A stretch of 64,000 nucleotides of DNA from Octopus vulgaris. Its lineage: Eukaryota. Positions 39,928 to 54,075 of this stretch are shown here, piece after piece. The translations under genes were made by a program, and so were the position numbers. Position 1 is the stretch's first letter; the number at the start of each line of letters is the position of its first letter. Where the stretch lies: the NCBI GenBank assembly GCA_951406725.2, contig OX597814.1, forward strand, positions 60,698,001-60,762,000. The letters run 5' to 3'. The notes beneath the pieces were generated by a model. The model was given only the letters and a program-made list of their open reading frames with translations, did no database searches and was not told where the DNA came from.

Positions 39928-40604
39928 TTAACCTTTTTGATACCAACCCACTCAAAACTGCCCCTGATTCTATATCACAAACTTCCTATTCCAAAGTGAT
40001 CTAAATTAAAACTTTTCTCAGAATTTCATGTTCCAAATACCATCTTTGATAACATTGTGTAACACAATTTTTGTCATTAGGTAGTAATTGCTATTTCTTA
40101 TTTGCTTACATCTGAGAAAGTATGTAAAATGGCTAATATTTCCTGCAAACTTTGCTTTTGTTACATTTATTCAAACCCAAAGGAACCTCTCTTAGCACAT
40201 GGCTATGATGGGTCCTCACCACTCCTGTTCATGATCAGAGATGCACATATTATCAGCCACTAAAGGACAAGCTCAGGTAGTTGCAGTCAAACAAGTGACA
40301 AGCAGATCTGTGGTACTGAGTAGAATATTTGCTATAACAATATTTCTGCTTCAGCAACTCAGCGCTAAATCTGTCTGAAATGTAATGGAAAATAGGTGAA
40401 TTTCAAAACATTGATTTCCAGGTGACAACAGCAAAGTTCTAAGGGAATAGTAGTAATTTCCTTTTATTTCTAGATAGAAGCAAATAGGTAATAACCAGAG
40501 ATAGGAAAAAAAAAACTTGTTACACAGTGTAATAAGTTAGTTTGCTAAATTAACTGAAATGAAGGCAGTGTATTTCAACAGAACCATATTAACAAGAGGG
40601 TTAA
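39928..40604. mobile_element. piggyBac-like MITE interrupted by a Tc1-like MITE (40050-40533)
   Basis: ttaacctttttgatacc ... aacaagagggttaa outer termini; nested element at a TA. Confidence 0.6.
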
Positions 40605-43600
40605 GGAAGGAGGTAGCCAATCTGGTTACTATATAAGATGGCCAAAACCCATACTATGCCACTGTCTGTGAAAATACATTCACTTTTCACAAGGTCAACA
40701 CTTCTACTCCCATGGGTTTTGGAAACAAAGATTCACCAGTCAGTAAGACACCAAGGAAAGTTTTTTGTTTTTTTTTTTGTTCTCTTTCATCCTTTTACAC
40801 TTCACATTTACGTGCTTTTGCTAAAAACAAACATACTGTTTGTTTTCAAAATCTCCAGAGTAAAAAATGTTTTTGTTTGCAAAGAAGTATTCTGGACAAA
40901 AAGTGAAAGTTATTTATACTTTTAATATGAAGGTAAATGGGCTTGACATTTATAAATAATTGTTCAAGTCCAACATTAAGAAAGGCAAATTTCTTGCAAT
41001 ACAAATTTTACTTTATCTTTCTGTGTTTTTGCAAATTTTTGCATAATAATTTTATTCTTTTTCTGCATATTAACTATGGAATTAATATGAAGACTTTAAA
41101 AAGCAAGAAAAAGAATAACAGAGTTAGGCCTAGTTTCAAGGATGCAGGCATAATATGATGAACCTGACAGAATTGTTAGCATGCCAGGGAAAATGCTTAG
41201 TGGTACTTCATCTGTTTTCACATTCCGAGTTCAAATTCCAATGAGGTTGACTTTGCCTTTTATCCTTTCAGGGTCAATAAATTAAGTACCAGTTGAGTAC
41301 TGGGGTTGATGTAATCAACTAGTCCCCTCCCTCACAATTTCAGGCCTTGTGCCTATAGTAGAAAGGATTATTATCGTTATTACTGTTCAGGAATAAGAAA
41401 AGAAGGTACCACATTCTTCTCTCATCCGAAAAAACAAAGAAGTACTGGTACATCTTCCAAGTAATTTATCCAAAATATTTCAGTACAGTTAAAGTAGTAA
41501 TAGCCAAGTGGTAACAGAATGTTACACTATCAAACTTTTGAACTCATTCACACCCTCTAGAATGCTACCATATGTTGCATGCTTGAAAACTGGAGTACCT
41601 GAGAAGCTTCTGCATAATTTATCCCTTAAACAAAGATATTGCATTGCCAATAAACTTGGTGACCTCAACCTTCAACAAAACTGTCCTGAAACAATACCTG
41701 GAGAACTATTGGTGCCTAGAATTAAAATGGCACTGAGTTACCCAAATTTATTATTTAATCCTTTTGCATTTAATCTGGCCATATCCAGCCCAAATATTCT
41801 AACTGTTATATATCAAGATTAACTAGATCAAACTTCTCACACCTACCTTACAATGTCATTCTAAAATTATACAAACACACCACTGAAATCTTGAAGCTAC
41901 ATGATAATGCACAATTATTTCAAAACAATGTGAATAAATAAGCATTACATTTGACAGAGAAATAGGAATGCTAAAGAATTAAAATGGAAAAGTACTAATT
42001 TCCATGATATTTATCATATTCTATGACTATAAATAAAGCACAAAGTCAGACTTTCAGTTAAGTAGGAAAATAGTAACTGCAACCAGTGAAAAATGTTCAG
42101 TTATGGAATATTTTGCCTGTTTTTCTAGAGCTCTGAAGTCACTGGGTAGCAGAGTTAAAGTTATGCACACTAACAAACAAGGGAGGAGAGATGTTACAAG
42201 AAACTCTGTGTACAGTAATGTCCTCAACTAAATATTGGTTTTAAATTTTGGCACAAGGCCAGCATTTTTTTCAGATGAGGGCATAAGTTGATTTTATCAA
42301 CCCCGATGATCAAGTGGTACTCATTTTATCAACCCTGAAAGGATGAAAGACAAAGTCAACCATCGCAGAATTTAAGCTCAGAACATAAAGATGGACAAAA
42401 TGCCACAAAGCATTTTGCCTGGCATGTTAACAATTCTGCCAGCTCGCTGCCTTGTTCTCAACTAAATATTGTATAATATGAGGTCCTAATAGAAAAATTT
42501 CATATTTTATTTGCTGTTATTCAAATATTTCTGGTTAAATTTACATTTGCTACATTATGTTATTATATTGTTATATTTATTATATTGTTACTAACACTAT
42601 AAATCATATAAATCCTAATTTTTCTATAACCTAAATCCATTGTCTAGCTCATTATCATAAAAACCTTTAGCTTAATGAAATAACTTTAGGAAAATATATA
42701 AATTTATGTACCAAAATAAAAGCCAAAAAAATATTCTAAAAAATGTGGAATTTCCAAGAGTACCACTAAAAACGATTATTTCTGTTGCTTTTATTTTATA
42801 ACATAATTAACAAAAAAAAACTGTTTCCTTCACAAATAACCATTCACACATTTTTATTCAAAATGTTCTTTACTCGCTGTTCTTCGCAGCTTAATGTTAT
42901 TGTCAGAAATGTAAATTACTGCACATAATATTGAAGGAATTCACAGTTTATAGACTAATATTTAAATTGAGGCCTCGACTGAAAGTGTCAGTGATGATTT
43001 ATGCCAGCTATTAACCAACATTTAAATAGTTACTAACGCTATTATATATAAACTAGTGAGACCCAAGGAAATACTACATTTCATATATGTTCTTACACTA
43101 TTTCGATACATATATTTATAGCTCTTTCTATCACTGTTGCATTATGTTAAAGAATTCAATTATGTCTTAGGTTTCATTTAACACTTCAGATGGCGTAAAG
43201 TGTAACTACTGAACAGACTTCATTGTGTTAATAAATTTGGATTGTCTTCAAGTGAATTTCATGGTTAGGGTCATTGAAAATATAGCACTCTAAAATTATT
43301 TCAACATATACTTGTATGGCTGTGTGTTGCTTCCAAACTGTGAGGTCCTGGGTTCAGTCCTACTGTGCAGCAACTTGGGCCTGTATCTTTTATAATTATA
43401 ACCCTGAGACAAGTAAAGCTTCAGGAGTGGATTTTGTAGGCAGAAACTGAAAGATGGAGGAATGGAAGAGAAGGTATAGAGGAGGAGGAGAGATGAAGGG
43501 GAGAATGGAAGAGAAGGGATAGAGGAGGAGGGATGGGGGAGAAGGGATAGAGGAGGAGAGAACAAGGAGGAGGAAGGGTGGAGGAGGAAGGGTGGAGGAG

Positions 43601-46600
43601 GAGAGATGGCAGAGGGGGGATGGGGGAGGAGGAGACTTCATTCATGTAGTTAATGTTGTTGAATGTCTATCATTTGAACTTATTTCATTAAGATAAACAT
43701 TCTGATTATGTCTACAATTATATTCCTATTCCAGAGTTAATGCTGTTCAAAGGGTATCAAGGGTATCACTTGTAACAAGCAGAATAATAATAATCATAAT
43801 AATAAGAATAATAATAATACAAGTTCTAACAAATTAGAATAAAAATAGTTAATGACAATAACACCACACACATAAGTTGCTAATAGTCCAGCAGTATTTT
43901 CATGGCATTGTTTAGTCCTCACTTAAATCCTGATCAAGCAGACCTATGACTAAAGGCATTTCAACCATGACCACCTCATCTTATTTCCAGACATAATGTA
44001 TATTTACTTTACCGGCTTAAGCCCTTCACTCCCTATAGAGCAGAGGCCCACACATACAGGCTTGTCCTTTCAGGTGCCGGTGCCACTTAAGAAGCGCCCA
44101 TGCTAGTGCTGCACCTGTTAATGACCTGTGCCAGTGCTGCATAAATGCACCTGTGCGAGTGGAACATAAAAAGCATCCAGCACACTTTAAGTGGTTGGTA
44201 TTAGGAAGGGCATCCATCTGTAGGAACCATACAACAGCAGACAGTTGGAGTCTGGCCAGCTCCATGTCAAACCATCCAACCCATGCAAGTGTGGAGAGCA
44301 AATATTATACAATGATAATGATATTCACATCTTTAGGCTGTCTTTTCCTCTCCCAAGTCTTGTTGGTTCTACATTGTTATCGATGCTTCTGTAACTTTGG
44401 TTTTTTATTCAGCAGGAGTTTTGGCCCCTATGCAAACCCATTTATACCTCTGGAAAGAGATTATCCACATTAGTCTGGCTTCTGTCCTTTAACCTATACA
44501 GCATGGATAACCCTATTAGGGGCTTGCAGTCTGATAGTATAGCTCTCAGGGTCATTAAGCAAATACAAGCCTTAGTACTGTGACAATACCTGGACCTTTA
44601 TGGTAGACAGAGTATATTTAGAACATTATTCAATGTGGTTATCTCACTAGGAACTGCTACATAAGGGGAGACAGAGATGGACAGAGAAAGACAGAGACAG
44701 ACAGACAGACAGACAGAGTATGTATGCTACTTAAGGGAAGAGAATCATTTCTAAGTTTCTTTTTCTTATGTTGAGAAATCATTATCAAAGAGTGAATAGA
44801 GCATACATTATTTCCATGTAATTCTCTTATTAAAGTTTCCTGTAGTCATGAATAATAACATTTCACTTTCATTCTGGGCTCTTCAGCACAACAACTCAAG
44901 ATCTAAAAAGTAATTCATCTAAAATCATTTAAAAATTAAAATCAAATACAATCATTTTGTTTCCTTTTTTTCTTTTAACAGTGGAGAAAAGAAGAGAGTA
45001 TTTTGTTTTTAAGACTGTAGATTGCAAATTCTAACAGGTCTGCTGATCACATATGTCCCTTGTTAGCATGTATGTTTATGGTTTTATTTTTAGGAGTGAT
45101 GGGTCATCATTTATTTCCACTTCTCTGTGTAAATAACTGCATCAAAATAAAATTTCAACTGTAACATTATTAAAAGGGTAGAACTAAAATTACTATAAAA
45201 AGCAGACTGTCTCACACACACACAGATACAGATACATACACACACACACAGATACAGATACATACACACACACATGTACGCATGTTTTTTGAGGAGGGAA
45301 AGGGGAAGGTGGTTAAACAAAGACAAAGAACACTCATGCTTGGTATGACTTCCATCACTGGTTTACCTGACCAATGTTGAAACAACACCAAACATCACAA
45401 TGACAGCAATCAGGTGCATAATTATTATGATAATGCCATTTATAATGAATGAAACAAGACAATGACATAAGGCAGTGCTGGTGCAGGTAGAGGTAGTTGT
45501 GGTGGTTGTAGTGGTGATAGTTACTGTTCTTGCCCTAGGTCAGCTTTGATCAAGCAGACCAATATCAGGAACATGCTGCCCTTACTTGCAGATGCATTGT
45601 CTCTGGGACAACATTATCTAATAACAAGACTGAAAGAGTAAATAACTTTAATTGTTTTGCATGCTCATTAGTAAGGGTGTTTCCAGAATCTGTCAATTCA
45701 ACACTAATTTCACAGGAAACATTATCTAGACCTTTCATTTAACATTTCATGACTCTAAACTGCCATTAAATCATTAATTACAGAAGGGCAGCTATTGATT
45801 ACATAAAAACATATTATGTATGTACTGTGTGTGTGCGCGCGTGCGCACATGTGTAATATAACTGAGAAACAATATCATTAACTTAAGAGTTGAGGATTTC
45901 ATGTAAATGCACTCATCACACAGAGAATTAGCTCCACATTGCTTGTGTATACCACTTGTCTTTTATCTGTTTCTGTCACTGGACTGTGGCCATGCAGGAG
46001 CACCACCTTGAAAGATGTAGTCAAACCAATCAACTCCAGTATTTAAGATTTTAAAACTTGGAAAACTTTTTGTCAGACCACTACCAAAATACACATACAC
46101 ATACACACAGCATCACCATTATTTAACATCCATTTTCCATGCTGCCATGGGTTGGATGGTGTGATAGGAACTGGCAAGGCCAGGAGTCACACCAGGTTCT
46201 GTAGTCTGTTTTGGCATGATCTCTACAGATGGATACCCTTCCAAATGTCAACAACTCCACAGAGTGTACTGGATGCTTTTTATGTGGCACCAGTGCTTCT
46301 TAAGTGGCACCAACACCAATGCATTTTACAGGGTACTAACACCCACACCAATGCTTTTCATGTGGCAACTTAATTTTAGGATCTCACTTTTGTTGTGGTG
46401 GTCGAGTCCTTTCAAGTACAACAATGCACTACATATGTCAGTCATCTTTGTAAGGTTCAGCATTTTGAGATCAAAGAAGGCTGGTTTATGGGATTACCTT
46501 AGGTTGCCTATCCATAAAGGATTTAGCTTTATGGTGTATCATCAGATGCCAAAACATGTTGGCCCAAGGCCTCTTAAAAATATGGAGGAAAAAATGCCTC

Positions 46601-46643
46601 ACTACTCAAAAATAATAATGGGGATTATCTCCTTTGGTTATCG

Positions 46644-47310
46644 CTATTGACTTCCGGCAGTGCCCCCATCTTGTGGGCTCCATAAGGCTAGTAGGAACCT
46701 CCTGAAATGTAAACATGATCCAAAAATCTCCGTTCTGGAGTTAACAATGTCCCCTGGTTTTAGGGAGTCCTTTAGGATTCTCGCCTGTTCAGCTATGCAT
46801 AATTTGCAATGTTTTGTCCCATTGATGTAGGGGCCTGGGTTTACGAGGATTTTCCATGAGATTGAATATAGAATCCCATCGTCTCTCAGTTGCCAAACAT
46901 GGCTAGCCAGTGATGTTACGTATCTCCTTTCTGGAACTCTGAACAAGGACCTGTGGTTGGGGTGACATTGCTTGAATGAGTTACCGGAACATCCAATGTA
47001 TCTCCATGGGCATGTGTTGTTGGCGCTGTATCTGCTGGTGTTGCCGCCACTGTCGTTGTTGTTGGAGCTGGGACTGCTGATGTTGGTGTCGCTGGAGGTG
47101 GTGGTGGTATCAGTAACGGTATCGCCACTGCCACTGATAGTAAAGGTGCTGTTGTTGTTATCGTGGTCCTTATCATTGGTGAGAGAGTTGCCACTGCTGC
47201 TAGAGATGTCATCAGCAGTGGTTCTGCTGGTGTTTCTGCTAGGGCCACTGTTGCTGCTGATGCTGTTGCCATTATTGCTATTATTGTTCTTATTGCCGGT
47301 GGTGGCACTG
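46644..47310 (-). pseudogene. 3' fragment of another Naiad PLE: Ser/Asn/Thr-rich segment + GIY-YIG C-terminal part
   Basis: Frame open for ~220 codons: ...TCPWRYIGCSGNSFKQ..NHRSLFR...TSLASHVWQLRD...WKIL...CKLCIAEQ...NSRTEIFGSCLH; truncated upstream by a SINE. Confidence 0.8.
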
Positions 47311-48344
47311 CCTTGAAGAATTTTTAGCCAGATGAATTAACCCCAGTACATTTTTTTTTGTAAGACTGGTCCTTATTCTTTTGATCATTTTTGTATTTTG
47401 TCATGCTGCTAAGTTATTGGGATGTAACCACCTCAACACTGGTTGTCAAGTGATGGTAGGGAACACACACACACACATATATATATATATACACACAACA
47501 GGCTTCTTTCTGCTTCCATCTACCAATTCCTTCCACTTACAAGGCTTCTCTTGGCCTGAGGCTACAGTAGAAGACACTTGCCCAAGGTGTTACACAGTAG
47601 GAGTGAATCTGGAATTACATGGTTTGAAAGCAAACCTCTTATTAATCTATATGTATAACAAACCCAGGTTTATATATCATCATTATTTGACAGCTGCTTT
47701 CTATGTTGACATGGATTAGACAATTTGACAGTGAACTGGTAACAGATGCCACTGGAGCGTTATATAACCAGTTCCCTTTCAAACTTTCCAATGCATGCCA
47801 GCATGGAAAGCAGCCTCTAAATGATGATGATGTATTTAAGTCAATACATATATTTAAATCAATAATAGAGTATAAATGTGTGTGTGTGTGTGTGTGTCTC
47901 TCTCTCTCTCTCTCTCTACTTCATCATGGCTGTTCTATACAAACCTTACTACTATTTTTAATCCCAAGAGGAAGTCTCCTCTAGCTGGTTATTGATGCAA
48001 TGTGAACTTACTACTTTGCTTTTTGTATGTATATATATATAGTGTAGTTCTGCTATAATATATACCCTACGAAGTTCTGTGTGACTAAAATATCAGCACA
48101 AACAGAGTCATCTGGGATATAGATAGAATAGCATTCAAAACAGGTTTGGGGAACATAAAATGATGTGGAAGTTTAATTGCTTCAGCTGATGTTTAATAAT
48201 AAAGAAATTAACAATTCAACTAGAAATGAAGGAGCAAGTACATTTGTAAGTGCGTGTGTATACACCTACCTTCACACACACACAAACATATAGAGAGAGT
48301 ATAGGTCTAAGTGTATTTATGCATACCTGCTAGTTTTAGTGCAT

Positions 48345-48379
<35 letters not shown>

Positions 48380-49689
48380 CAGCAGCAAAACAGGAAGTTA
48401 GCAGAACTGTGGAAGCATCAGAATAAATGCCTTATGGTATTTCTTCTGGCTTTTATTGTTCTGAGTTCAAATATCACTAAGATCAACTTTGCCTTTCACC
48501 CTTTCAAGGTTAATGGTGTACCAGTCAAGTACAGGGGATGATGATACTAATTAATTCCCTCACCACAAAATTACTGGCCTGGTGCCTAAATTAGAAGCCA
48601 CTGCTGTTACAAAAATAGTTCTGGAATCATTTCTCTAAGATAATTACTGAATCATTATTTATATTATAAAAAAAGAGAAGCAGTGCGACAAATATATAAA
48701 CAAAAATATTCATAATCACATAGAAAAATTAATAGTCACAAAGATTTGATTGTTTTCAACTCCAACCTTTAAAAAAAAACTAGAAAATGTGCCAATCATT
48801 TTTCTTTATTCAATTTTCTTAAACAGAACAGAGGCATATTCATCTACCTACAGGCAAAAGCAAATACATTTTCATGTCTTCAGTATGTAAAACACACAAC
48901 AGCAAGGAAGATGGCTATTTGTTTTAGTATGTGGCTATCTTTCAAAACATGGCAAACCCATTTTACTTGGAACTAAACGATTTGGAAATTCATCAATGGT
49001 TTCTAAAAAATTAATAAATATTGATGTAAGAATTCACTAATTCCAACCTTTCACTCTAAAGAACAAAGATCACCTACTGAAAGATCCATGCTGTATCATG
49101 GGTCAATCAATTTTGTAATTGTTGATTAACACTAACATCCTCTAACTTTCATACATATTTGGATAGTGTGAGGGTGATACATCTTTAAAATGTTTGAATC
49201 TGTATATATATAGAGAGCTTAGAGAAGATAATGAACCTTATGTGACATCATAATTGTATAAGGTTGTGAAGTTATAAAATTGTAAACTTATAAAATTAAT
49301 TACAATTACAATGAGAGTTATTCTGGCTAAGGTGGAGATGAAGGGATAGAAATATAGAGTATATTGTCATAAGATGTATTTGAATACACCTACATACACA
49401 AATACTAATAGGTATATGGATCAAGACTCATGGGTAAATTCTTAAAAATAAGTACTTAAAAATAAATGCTTAAAAATATATGGAGTAACATACCAAGGAA
49501 AAACTGGTATAATTAGATATATGTATATATAAATATTAATTAGATGTATATTTATTTATAAAGAAAATAATATATAAGGTATATAGAGAATGTCTTACGC
49601 ATAAATTAGAAAAGATGGCAATCATTATATAGTGCTCAGATTAGGAAAAAATAATTTTATTATCAAAGGGGACACTGGCACCAATAACA

Positions 49690-52135
49690 ATATTAATGAT
49701 ATTTAGAGAAAATGTGTTTATCCTTATAAAAACTGAAAACATTTACTTCTTTTTTAAATAGAATCTCATTTATACACAACAAACATTTCTTATTCTTTAA
49801 ATCATATGCAGGTGCTGAGGCTAAAATTTTCCACTGGAGGTCATAACTAATACCCTTATCTTTAAGGTCCCATGTATAATTACTCAAACCAGCTGAATTC
49901 CTCCTATTTCTGTTTCTGAAGGTATTTATTATTATTATTACTATTATCATCGTTTAACGTCCGTTTTCCGCGCTAGCACGGGTTGGACGGTTTGACCGGG
50001 GTCTGGGGAGCCAGGGGCTGCCCCAGGTTCCAGTCTGATCTGGCAGTGTTTCTACAGCTGGATGCCCTTCCTAATGCCAACCACTCCGCGAGTGTAGTGG
50101 GTGCTTTTTACGTGCCACCTGCACAGGAGCCAGAGGGGTCTGGCATCGGCCACGATCGGTTGGTGCTTTTTTATGTGCCACCGGCACAGAAGCCAGTCAA
50201 GGCGGTGCTGGCATCGGCCACGTTCGGATGGTGCTTTTTATGTGCCACCGGCACAGAAGCCATTCGAGGCAGGGTTGGCATCGGTCACGTTCGGATGGTG
50301 CTTTTTATGTGCCACCGGCACAGAAGCCAGTGGAGGCTACACTGGCAACGGCCACGTTCGGATAGTGCTTTTTATGTGTCACCGGCACAGGTATCACAAC
50401 TACTGTTTCCATTGATATTTGGTTCGATGTTCATGTACATGCACTTGACTCAACAGGTCTCCTCAAGCACAGCGAGATGTTCCAGGATCCCACGATCGGT
50501 TGGTGCTTTTTATGTGCCACCTGCACAGAAGCCAGTCGAGGAGGTGCTGGCGTCGGCCACGCTCGGATGGTGCTTTTTATGTGCCACCGGAACAGAAGCC
50601 AGTCGGGGCGGTGCTGGCATCGGCCACGTTCGGATGGTGCTTTTTATGTGCCACCGGCACAGAAGCCATTCGAGGCGGGGTTGGCATCGGTCACGTTCGG
50701 ATGGAGCTTTTTATGTGCCACCGGCACAGAAGCCAGTGGAGGCTGCACTGGCATAGGCCACGTTCGGATGGTGCTGGCGGGGTTGGCATCGGTCACGTTC
50801 GGATGAAGCTTTTTATGTGCCACCGGCACAGAAGCCAGTGGAGGCTGCACTGGCAATGGCCACGTTCGGATGGTGCTTTTTATGTGTCACCGGCACAGGT
50901 ATCACAACTACTGTTTCCATTGATATTCGGTTTGATGTTCATGTGCCACCGGCACAGAAGCCATTCGAGGCGGGGTTGGCATCGGTCACGTTCGGATGGT
51001 GCTTTTTATGTGCCACCGGCACAGAAGCCAGTGGAGGTATACAGATGGTAATTCAGTCTATGTTTCATATGGTTTTGGGTGGCCTCCACATATACCTTAT
51101 CATTCGATTGAGTACTTACTACACATTGGTAAACTATTTCTTCTTTATTGCAATTATTAGTAAAGACACAATTGTTACTATTTCTACAATCACGAAGTCT
51201 ATACTATTGTGTGGGGGTCTACACTGGTTCGGTTAGTGTATATATTGGGGGTATCATTTGGTGCAATATTATTACTATTGTTATGTCTGATGTTGTTATT
51301 ATTATTATTAATGTTAATAGTACTGTTGTTATTTTTTCTATGTAAGTAAAAAAGTGTCGAGTTTTTTTATTATTCATGGAGATGATAGTAGCCAGGTTGT
51401 GTTAGGCTATAACCTATTCTTATTGTTTTATTATTAATGGTTTCCCAGTATTTATCTTTACCTTTTATAAAGTATTTGTTAATTAGTTTAAAGATTGTTT
51501 TTACTAAGATGTTTTTCATTTGCATATCATATGGTAATATTAGCCAGACAGTATTTTTTTCCTTGGTTTGCATGATTAGGATTACTGTCTTTTGGTCTAT
51601 TATTATTATTTGGGCAATCATTTTTATTATTAATAATATTGACATTATACCTATCCTTGGTGGTTGCATTCTTCAAATTAACTATTATATCTACATTATT
51701 ATGATTAGCATTATTATTGTTATCACTATTAGTGGAGCTGACGACAGGTGTCTGTTTGGGATTTCTTATGTTATTCATTTTATCTTTTTTATATTTGTGT
51801 GTACTTCTAGAATTTATAAATTTATTTTAAATTTCATTATTTTTCTCAATGTTTGTATCATTGGTGTTCATATTATTTCCATTATTACAGGGAAAGTATT
51901 TAATTTCCTCGTTATACTCTGCATTTTTAAGTGCTACATTATACTTATCCTTGTTTTTATTAAATATCGCTTCATTTAAGGAAAGGTTTGAGATTCTTTT
52001 GCTTATATTTCTTAAAAGGGCTCTTTTTATTGATTGGGGATGGTTACTGAAATTATTTATATATCTTAAATAAGAGTTCTGCTTCAAATATGGTTCATGT
52101 GGTCCAGTGTTTAAGTTACAGTTTGCATCTAAATA
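49690..52135 (-). pseudogene. Decayed Naiad PLE (thumb-linker-GIY-YIG) split by an RTE-UTR insertion
   Basis: YLDANCNLNTG..PYLK..YINNFSNHPQSI; VWLILPYD; DCRNSNNC..C.EEIVYQC..VYVEAT..RLNYH | NTFRN..GLSNYTWDLK..WKIL..CLLCINE. Confidence 0.85.
49927..51044 (-). mobile_element. RTE 3'-UTR insertion with expanded ~67 bp GC-rich minisatellite
   Basis: RTE tail at 49945-50110, then ~13 units of gtgccaccggcacagaagcc...cacgttcggatggtgctttttat. Confidence 0.85.
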
Positions 52136-52892
52136 GCTAATAGTACTAGGTTTAAAAAATTTTTTAAAGAAGTATTGCGGTCAATTCATTCGATTACAAT
52201 TCTTCAGGGCAGTGCCCCAGTATGGCCACAGTCTAATGACTGAAACATATAAAAGAATACATTCATAACTACTACTAAAGGACAGTGGCATATATGGAGC
52301 GCTAGAGAAGCAGAGAGGGAAATTATTCAAGTGATAAGTCATATTTGCACAACAGCCAATAGAGAGATTATAATTATTATACCTAGCATTTAAAAGAAAC
52401 CCTTCATAAAGTAACAGAAATAACAATTGTTTACTTAGTTTCAATTTAGAAGACTGCATTCTTTAGAAAGGAGGAAAAATAAGCTTCATTCATGCGTTAA
52501 TATAGCGGAACATGTCCTATTATATACCTAAATGAATTTCCATAAGAAGCTATTGAAATAGAAAGAGAAAGAGAGAGAATCGCATATAAGCAAAAATTCC
52601 TCTTATCTGTGTGCGTGCATGTATGTGCATGTGTGTGTGTGTGGATATTTAGGTGAGTGTGTATATGCATGTGTGTGTATACATGTTCATGTGTATATCT
52701 CCACTGATTAAAAACCAATGCTGTTGTTTTTTCTATCCCATAACATAGCAGTTCAACAAATAGTTATGAGTAAAATAATTGTCAGACTTGAAACACAACA
52801 TAATTGTGTTAATATGATAAAAAAAAAAAACCTAGGAGGAAGGGTTCCAGCATGGCCATGGTCCAACGACTGAAAATATTAAAAGAACATGT

Positions 52893-52942
<50 letters not shown>

Positions 52943-52977
52943 CACATACACACATGCATATATATATATATATATAA

Positions 52978-53258
52978 GTGGAGGCGCAATGGCCTAGTGG
53001 TTAGGGCAGCGGACTCGCAGTCGCAGGATTGCGGTTTTGATTCCCAGACCGAGCGTTGTGAGTGTTTATTGAGCGAAAATACCTAAAAGCTCCACGAGGC
53101 TCCGGCAGGGGGTGGTGATCCCTGCTGTAGTCTTTCACCACTCTTTCTTCTGTTGGCCTGCTCGCTTAGCCAGCGGGGTGGTGTCATTTGAAGGCTAAAA
53201 CAATGCGAACGCATTGTGACCAGCGATGTGTAACAACATCTGATGGTCTGGTCGGTCC

Positions 53259-53263
<5 letters not shown>
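52978..53263 (+). mobile_element. tRNA-derived SINE inserted in (TA)n; 3' fragment also at ~13565-13660 (-)
   Basis: A box tggcctagtgg, B-box-like ggttttgattcc, tail ...catctgatggtctggtcggtc. Confidence 0.8.
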
Positions 53264-53299
<36 letters not shown>

Positions 53300-53544
53300 T
53301 AGATAGATAGATGCAGGAGTGGCTGAGTGGTAAGAAGCCTGCTTCCCAATCACATGGTTTCAGATTTAGTTCCACTTGGGCAAGTGTCTTCTACTATAGC
53401 TTCAGGCCGAACAAAGCCTTGTGAGTGGATGGAAATAGAAAGAAGCCCAATGTTGGTGTGTTTACATTCCTGTAACTTAGCAGTTCAGCAAAAGAGACCA
53501 ATAGAATAAGCACTAGGCTTACAAAGAAGAAGTCCTGGGGATCA

Positions 53545-53667
53545 ATACATACATATATGTATATATATACACATACATATATATATATATATATATACAT
53601 AAATATGTATATATACACACATACATATACACAAGTACATATACATACATGATTATATATACATAAG

Positions 53668-53701
<34 letters not shown>

Positions 53702-53972
53702 TATGTACATATAAATACATAATTATATACACATACATATATATATACACACATAGATATGTATATATATATAAATACATAATTATATACACATATGTAT
53801 ATATATATACACACACAATTATATACACATACGTATATATATATATATATACACATACATATGTGTGTGTGTGTATATATATATATAAATACATAATTAT
53901 ATACACATACATATATATATACACATACATATGTGTGTGTGTGTATATATATATATAAATACATAATTATAT

Positions 53973-54017
<45 letters not shown>

Positions 54018-54075
54018 CACACATACATATGTATATATAAATACATAATTTTATATATATATGCATATGTATATG
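53545..54075. repeat. TA/CA-rich minisatellite with recurring aaatacataattatatacacata unit
   Basis: Direct reading. Confidence 0.85.

Noticed and set aside
50100-51040. CRISPR-like array or 257-aa repeat protein
   Set aside because: Variable parts recur as a few related types rather than unique spacers; it lies in a LINE UTR of a eukaryote; no cas genes.
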